DNA of 59,657 nucleotides, counting the filler, from Platydemus manokwari (taxonomy: Eukaryota), in assembly GCA_037951405.1 (NCBI GenBank). It is 4 parts of 4 records of this genome, joined end to end, with 100 filler letters (N's around TTAATTAATTAA, not from the genome) between each part and the next. Parts side by side here need not be neighbours in the genome. Positions count along the whole stretch, not along the records: positions 43,393 to 59,657 come from JBBMOY011194765.1; 3 more parts are not named here. One strand, given 5' to 3'. Every line of letters begins with the position of its first letter. Position 1 is the first letter of the stretch. This document shows positions 54,070 through 59,657 of this stretch, piece after piece. A program made the translations under genes and the position numbers. The notes below the pieces were generated by a model. The model ran no database searches, had not been told where the DNA came from, and saw nothing but the letters and a program-made list of their open reading frames with translations.

Positions 54070-55060
54070 TGACTTGATAATAATCAATAAAAATCATTCC
54101 ATAACAATCACTCGGCAACCATTCGATATAATCGATAACAATAACTCGATATTAGCCGATAGTTATAACTAGAAATCACATCATAATAATCCATAACAAT
54201 CGCTCAATAAAATTCGATATAGATCATTTTATACCAATTACTAGACAACCATTCTGTATGAGTCGATAACAATAACCAGGTAATAATTGATAGACATCAT
54301 ATCATAATCTTTAACAATTACCCATTAATATTCGATAGAGATTCTTCCATAACAATCATTTGTCAATCATTCGATATTATTGATAAAAATAACTCGATAT
54401 TATTGATAGCAATAACTCGATATTATCGATGACAATAACTAGATATTAGTTAATATCAATAAATTAATAATAAATGTTAAAAATCACACCACAATAATCA
54501 ATAACAATCACTCAATAATAATCGGCAGAAATCATTTCATAACAATCATTGGATAATAAATAACCTTTAGAAATAATTCGATACTGGTAATCATTTGATA
54601 ATTGATTGAAATCATTCGATAATAATCAATAATAATCACTCAATAATAATAAATTGAAATAAATCGACATTCGATATTCACACGGTTATGGTGGAGGTTG
54701 ATAATCAATAAGTAACAATTATTTATCAATAATCGATAATAATAATCACTCAACAATCGATAATAGTAATAATAACTTAATAATCGATAATAATAATAAC
54801 TCAACAATCGATAGTAATAATAATCACTCAATAATAATGGATATCAAATAATCAATAATAATAATAAATAAATAATAATTGGCATCAAATAATAATATTC
54901 ACTCAACAATCGATAATAATAATCACTCAACAATCAATAATAATAATAATCACTTAATAATCGAAATTTTAAGGTTATACACCCAATAATAATAATAACA
55001 ATAATAGTAACGATAATAATAATAATGATAATAATAATTATAATAATAATTATAATAAAT
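54070..55060. repeat. Degenerate minisatellite grading into (AAT)n
   Basis: Recurrent ccataacaatcact, aataactcgatatt and aataataatcactcaacaatcgat units; these explain the YYYRLLS ORF 54640-54831. Confidence 0.8.
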
Positions 55061-55349
55061 AAAAAATTTTACATTTATTAATTTATATTTTACGGCCCTT
55101 GCTCCTAAAATTTGTCGATTATTTCTCAAGATATATTAAGATGTGTTTGGTTCTTTGTTTACCTAATTTCATCAGCGTATTTTATTTAATGTGTCACACA
55201 CACAATATAAACAAACAATTAATTTTACCCATTTTATTATGTAATCACGACCTTCACAAATTGATCTTAAATCCAAATAATTAACTACATAATTTCAAAT
55301 TCGTCGGAATTTGTTACTAGAAATAAATTAAAATGTTATGCGTGTAAAT

Positions 55350-56200
55350 AACATTGACGACCTTTAACAATCTCTCACACATCATAATGGAGTATAGAGG
55401 ATATTTTCTATGTAATGTCATACGTTTCGTTTTTACTTTTCAAGCAAAATATTTGTAACGGTTATGGAAATTTGTTACTGGACATTCCATCAGGAAAATT
55501 TTAATTTCTTGAAAGATACGGTTGAATTTCCTGTATTTCCTTATTTCAAACTCATTTACTCCAACATTCTTATCATTATATTTCAACCTCCCAAACATCC
55601 TACTACTGTGATGACATATTTCCTGGACAGCCTTTCACGTACAAGGAATTATATTAGAAAATTGTATTTATATTCAAATATTCATTTCCTAATTCCTAGA
55701 AATCTGTAAATCAACGTATTCTTCACCAAATTCATTTTTTTCATTGTTGATCTAAATCCTATTAGATATCAAGAAATGAAAAGAAAAACAAAGTTTTATG
55801 ATGGCATATTTATTCCATCAACTATGGATGGGATTGCCTTTCCATTTATATTCCTTCGCTTAGTTCTTGATACAATAGAAGGATAAATTTACAAGTTTTC
55901 TTGTCAACATATCCAAATCTTCAAACGGACAATAAATTGAGTTGTGGAACTTCGGTTGACTCCTAGCTATTTAGAGTCTTAGGTTCCTAGTTTCAATACT
56001 TTCCTTTTCAAAATCAATAGTCTAGTATCAGATTTCTGCTCTTTATTTTCATTTTAAATTGAAACTTCACTTCTCAGCCTCTCGACAAGCTTTTATAGTA
56101 ATTCTTGAAGTTATATTTTGGGTTTTACTTGAATTGCAGTATCATCTTAGAAGACTAAGTATGAGTAAAATCAGGCGAATTCTCGGCATTTGTTTATCCA
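55350..56200 (-). mobile_element. Possible Gypsy gag/protease relic
   Basis: The minus strand reads NINGKAIPSIVDG (~55815-55855), resembling a retroviral aspartic-protease motif; the rest is decayed. Confidence 0.3.
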
Positions 56201-57222
56201 AACTGTTTCATATGACCATTATCATTGTGAGCATTAATTTTAATTAAATGGTAATAATTTTAAATTAATTTTAAGATCATTATTTTAAATAATTATTTTA
56301 AAAAAGATTATTTTAAATAATAAATATAATAATAAATTTTTAAAATAGTGTTTTAAAATTTATAATATAAAATAAGACAATTTATAGTTATTTTAATATT
56401 GTTATATATGGACCTTATTTAGATCGATATCGAAACTTTCCGGAATTATAATTTGTTTAAAATTTGTTGTAATTAAATAAATTTTAAGAAAATGAGTTCT
56501 TCTGTTGAAATATCAATTACAAGCGAAGTAGCTCCTACTAACAATCATTATCCATCATTATCATTAATTGACCATTTTTTGTGCTTTATTCAGTCGACTA
56601 ATGCATTCTTATTAATAATATCAGCACTTATATTTTCTTGTCAGTGAGACTGCCGCCATTTATAGATTGATTCAATTTTCTCATTTGTTGAACACATCAT
56701 AACCGCAGTATCGTTAAAATTACAATCATGATATTGTATCCTTTATTGTATAACCCCATCGACAAATATTTAATCATCGTTTTTATAAAAGAATAAAACT
56801 TATTTTCATTTTTGTTACATTTATTTCATACAATAAAGTATCAATAAAGTACAGCATTCAGCGGCTATCATCACAATAATAGTAACGCATAATACCCTCT
56901 TAACACATTATTTTTAATGATGATTCTCGACAGCCACCAAAATAACTTGAAATCAACAATATGTGTGCTTGCCTCTGTGTCTGTGTGTATATATATTCTT
57001 CTTAGATACACAAGAGGCAGTAAGAGACAAAAATTTAAGAATTTAAAATTTCACAAATTAAAAATCAAAAAGAATATCACATCTATTCGAAGAAATTTTG
57101 ATTGAACTTAAACATGTTGTTCCTATTTGAAAGACGTGTTTGAATTCTTTCATATAATATACAAATGTGCAGAGATTATAAACAATTTAGAAATATTACT
57201 CTTAGAAATATCCAACTTTATA

Positions 57223-57735
57223 CAAGGCGTCCCGAAACAAACCTTCATGAAGCTTCATTTCATAAAGCCTTCCACTTTCAAATTTTGTTTTCAAAATGCC
57301 TACCATTGTAATCAATACGATGATTAATTGTTTTCTCAGCAATTAGAGGACATACATTTTCACACTGCGTTGATCAATGGATTTTGTGTGATGACGATTT
57401 TGGTTTTTATCAGACCAATAAACACCGTTAGAATGATTAATCTATCCGTTAAGATCGAATTTGACTTCACTTATCCAAGTAATTTTCTTTGTAAGGTGAG
57501 AATCAACGATATCTTCACAGAATCTCACTAGTCAATCAAGGCGATCCTTGTTAGGCTGGTATAGTTAAGGAAAGTGATAGAAATTGATCCCCAAGATAAT
57601 TTTAAGAATGCCATTAATCGAAGATTTTGAAATGCGAAGTTCTTAGATTTTTTTCCTATTAATAACTTATAGAGCATTAACACCAACCACACCAACTTTT
57701 TTATCATTATTCCCAGTTGATTCAAATCTCTTAGT
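57223..57735 (-). mobile_element. Tc1/mariner-superfamily transposase relic, partly duplicated at 58313-58550
   Basis: The minus frame reads RFCEDIVDSHLTKKITWISEVKFDLNG*INHSNGVYWSDKN, matching the consensus IxWSDEAxFxLNGxVNxHNxxYWSxxNP. A TA+CAAGGCGTCCCG TIR-like end lies at ~57221. Confidence 0.7.
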
Positions 57736-58312
57736 GGTGCAAATTGAACAGATCTATACCAATAAAATAATCAATAATCAAAAGAATTTTAATTTTTGGA
57801 GTTAGTAGATGTTATTGCAAGCAGCGATTGATATTTTAAATAAATTCTTGCAGATTATATATATATATATATATATTAATACATTTTATCCGTGCTTTTA
57901 ATGTAGAATTAAAACAAATTTTGAACCATTGTAGGAGTAATCACATTGTTAATTGAAACAAATTACTAATAACCATTATCATTCTCTCATTTTTCCTCTC
58001 GATACAAAACGAGTTTTATATTATGCATTTTAATGTACCTCGAATTATAGTAAAAGTAATTCTGTTGACAAAATATTTATTCTGTGATAGTTTGTAACAA
58101 CAGAACGAATTTTGAAAGCACATTTCGTTAAAAATGACTCAACCGATCAAAAATGCTTACAAATGCAAAACCTTGAATATCTCAAAATTGGCTTTAGTGA
58201 CTGTTAGCAGCAGCTATCTCAAAGCTTTCAGACCCAAGCAGGTCACAATCAATTCAATAAGCCCAACAAATTTGCATTTAAATAAATCTTGTAACACAAT
58301 GATAATAATAAT

Positions 58313-58550
58313 AATAAGGTGAGGATCAATGATATCTTCACAGAATCTCACTATTCAATCAAGGCGATCCTTGTTAGTCTGGTATAGTTAAGAAAAGTGA
58401 TAGAAATTGATCCCCAAGAAAAATTTAAGAATGCCGTTAATCGGGGAATTTGAAATTCGAAGTTCTTAGATTTTTTTCCTATTAATAACTTATAGAGCAT
58501 TAACACCAACTACACCAACTTTAATATCATCACTGGATTTAAATCTCTTA
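58313..58550 (-). repeat. ~240-bp direct duplicate of 57492-57733
   Basis: Near-identical sequence, e.g. gatatcttcacagaatctcacta..caatcaaggcgatccttgttag..gaagttcttagatttttttcctattaataacttatagagcattaacaccaac. Confidence 0.9.
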
Positions 58551-59657
58551 ATTAAAAACGAAATTGAAATTGGTCATTTGACATCGTTGTGTGCAAAACC
58601 TTGAATATCTCAAAATTGGCTTTAGTAACTGTTAGCAGCAGCTATCTCGTTTAAAATTGAAGTTTCAATTGAAGAATTCATTTATACGATTTTCGTAAAT
58701 TATTTATTAATACAAACAAATCAAACATTTTTAACAAATTCAAAATCTTTTTCAGGAAGCTTTTATTGCCAATCTTAATCAGGCATATCAATATTTATCG
58801 ATATAGTTAAATATATTAAAATTATTTAAAAATATTTTTTTAATTTTAAAATAATTATTAAATCATTAAAATTTACTATTAAAATTATTATTATAATTTT
58901 TACTAAAATTATTATTAAAATATTATTTAATTTGTTTCTTTAAAATTTCTTCACAGTGACCAATTAGCTTTTCGATATTTCTGAGGATCGATATTTGGAT
59001 TTATTGTGTACCGCAAAAAATATTAATACTTAAAAATACAAATAAGATAAACTTCTAAGATTCATCTACTTTTTCTCAAACATGTTCGAATAGCTGCTTG
59101 ATAATACAAATATCTCTCTTCTCTCACCTAAAGTTTCATTCCAGGCGTTGACATGATTATGTTTAACCTGCTGATTGAGTTTGGATTTCGTCTAATAAAG
59201 TTAAAAAATTAGGAATACAATTAGAGAGTGCTAAAAAGAAGATTTACATTTATTAGTTGCATTTTATTATTAATGAAATTCTATTTGATTTTAATAAATG
59301 TTGTTGATCATTGAGGTCTACCGTTGGTCGTTCTTGTTCGTCAATCTACAATTATTTAAATTAAAATTGAAAATACGGCTTACAAGTCGAACAGTCTAAG
59401 TAGAAAAAAGTGAATGGAACGAGATAAAATCTAAAACCTAGACCTTGAGGCCTGATGAAAAATCTATTAAACAACTCGACATTGAAATTCTAATATAAAT
59501 TTTCACATAGATTTACATCAATTTACACATTAATTTTAATAATGACAGTACAGCTAGTAAAGTTGTTTTTTGTATTAGGGTGTAAATAAAGTTCGCGGAC
59601 AAAATTGGAAATAAAAATTTGTTGTACATAAATTTATTTAAAACAACAACTATCCCT

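Noticed and set aside
54640-54831. ORF with YYYRLLS repeats
   Set aside because: It is a by-product of the minisatellite, with no splice or other coding support.
1-59657. Prokaryotic systems (CRISPR arrays, operons, defence islands) and rRNA/tRNA/SL RNA genes
   Set aside because: The sequence is intron-rich eukaryotic DNA. I saw no regularly spaced repeat-spacer array or recognisable structural RNA.

Overview
This is very AT-rich, intron-containing eukaryotic DNA. Its many 44-56 nt introns and its repeat content suggest a triclad flatworm, but that is inference only. The window is four contigs joined by three artificial N44-TTAATTAATTAA-N44 linkers. Reading splice sites by hand gives four protein-coding genes that the ORF track shows only in fragments or misses. 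(1) A 4-exon, ~931-aa C2H2/C2HC multi-zinc-finger gene on the minus strand (7263-10815), with a probable GC-AG intron. (2) A 6-exon uncharacterised gene on the minus strand (25094-30487), with a PP1-docking-like KRVIW motif and an unresolved start codon. (3) A gene of 12 or more exons on the plus strand (32931-40610) with a plakin-type SH3 domain. (4) A 2-exon secreted single-domain Kunitz protease inhibitor on the minus strand (45799-46249). The rest is mostly decayed transposable elements: Tigger/pogo, two mariner relics, a Tc1-like relic with a local duplication, Gypsy fragments and LTRs, and a LINE relic. There is also a NeSL/R2-type retrotransposon relic carrying a Ulp1-like protease, a TRIM-like miniature LTR element, two intact MITEs and simple repeats. 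I found no rRNA, tRNA or CRISPR. All homology calls come from motif recognition by eye, not from database searches.
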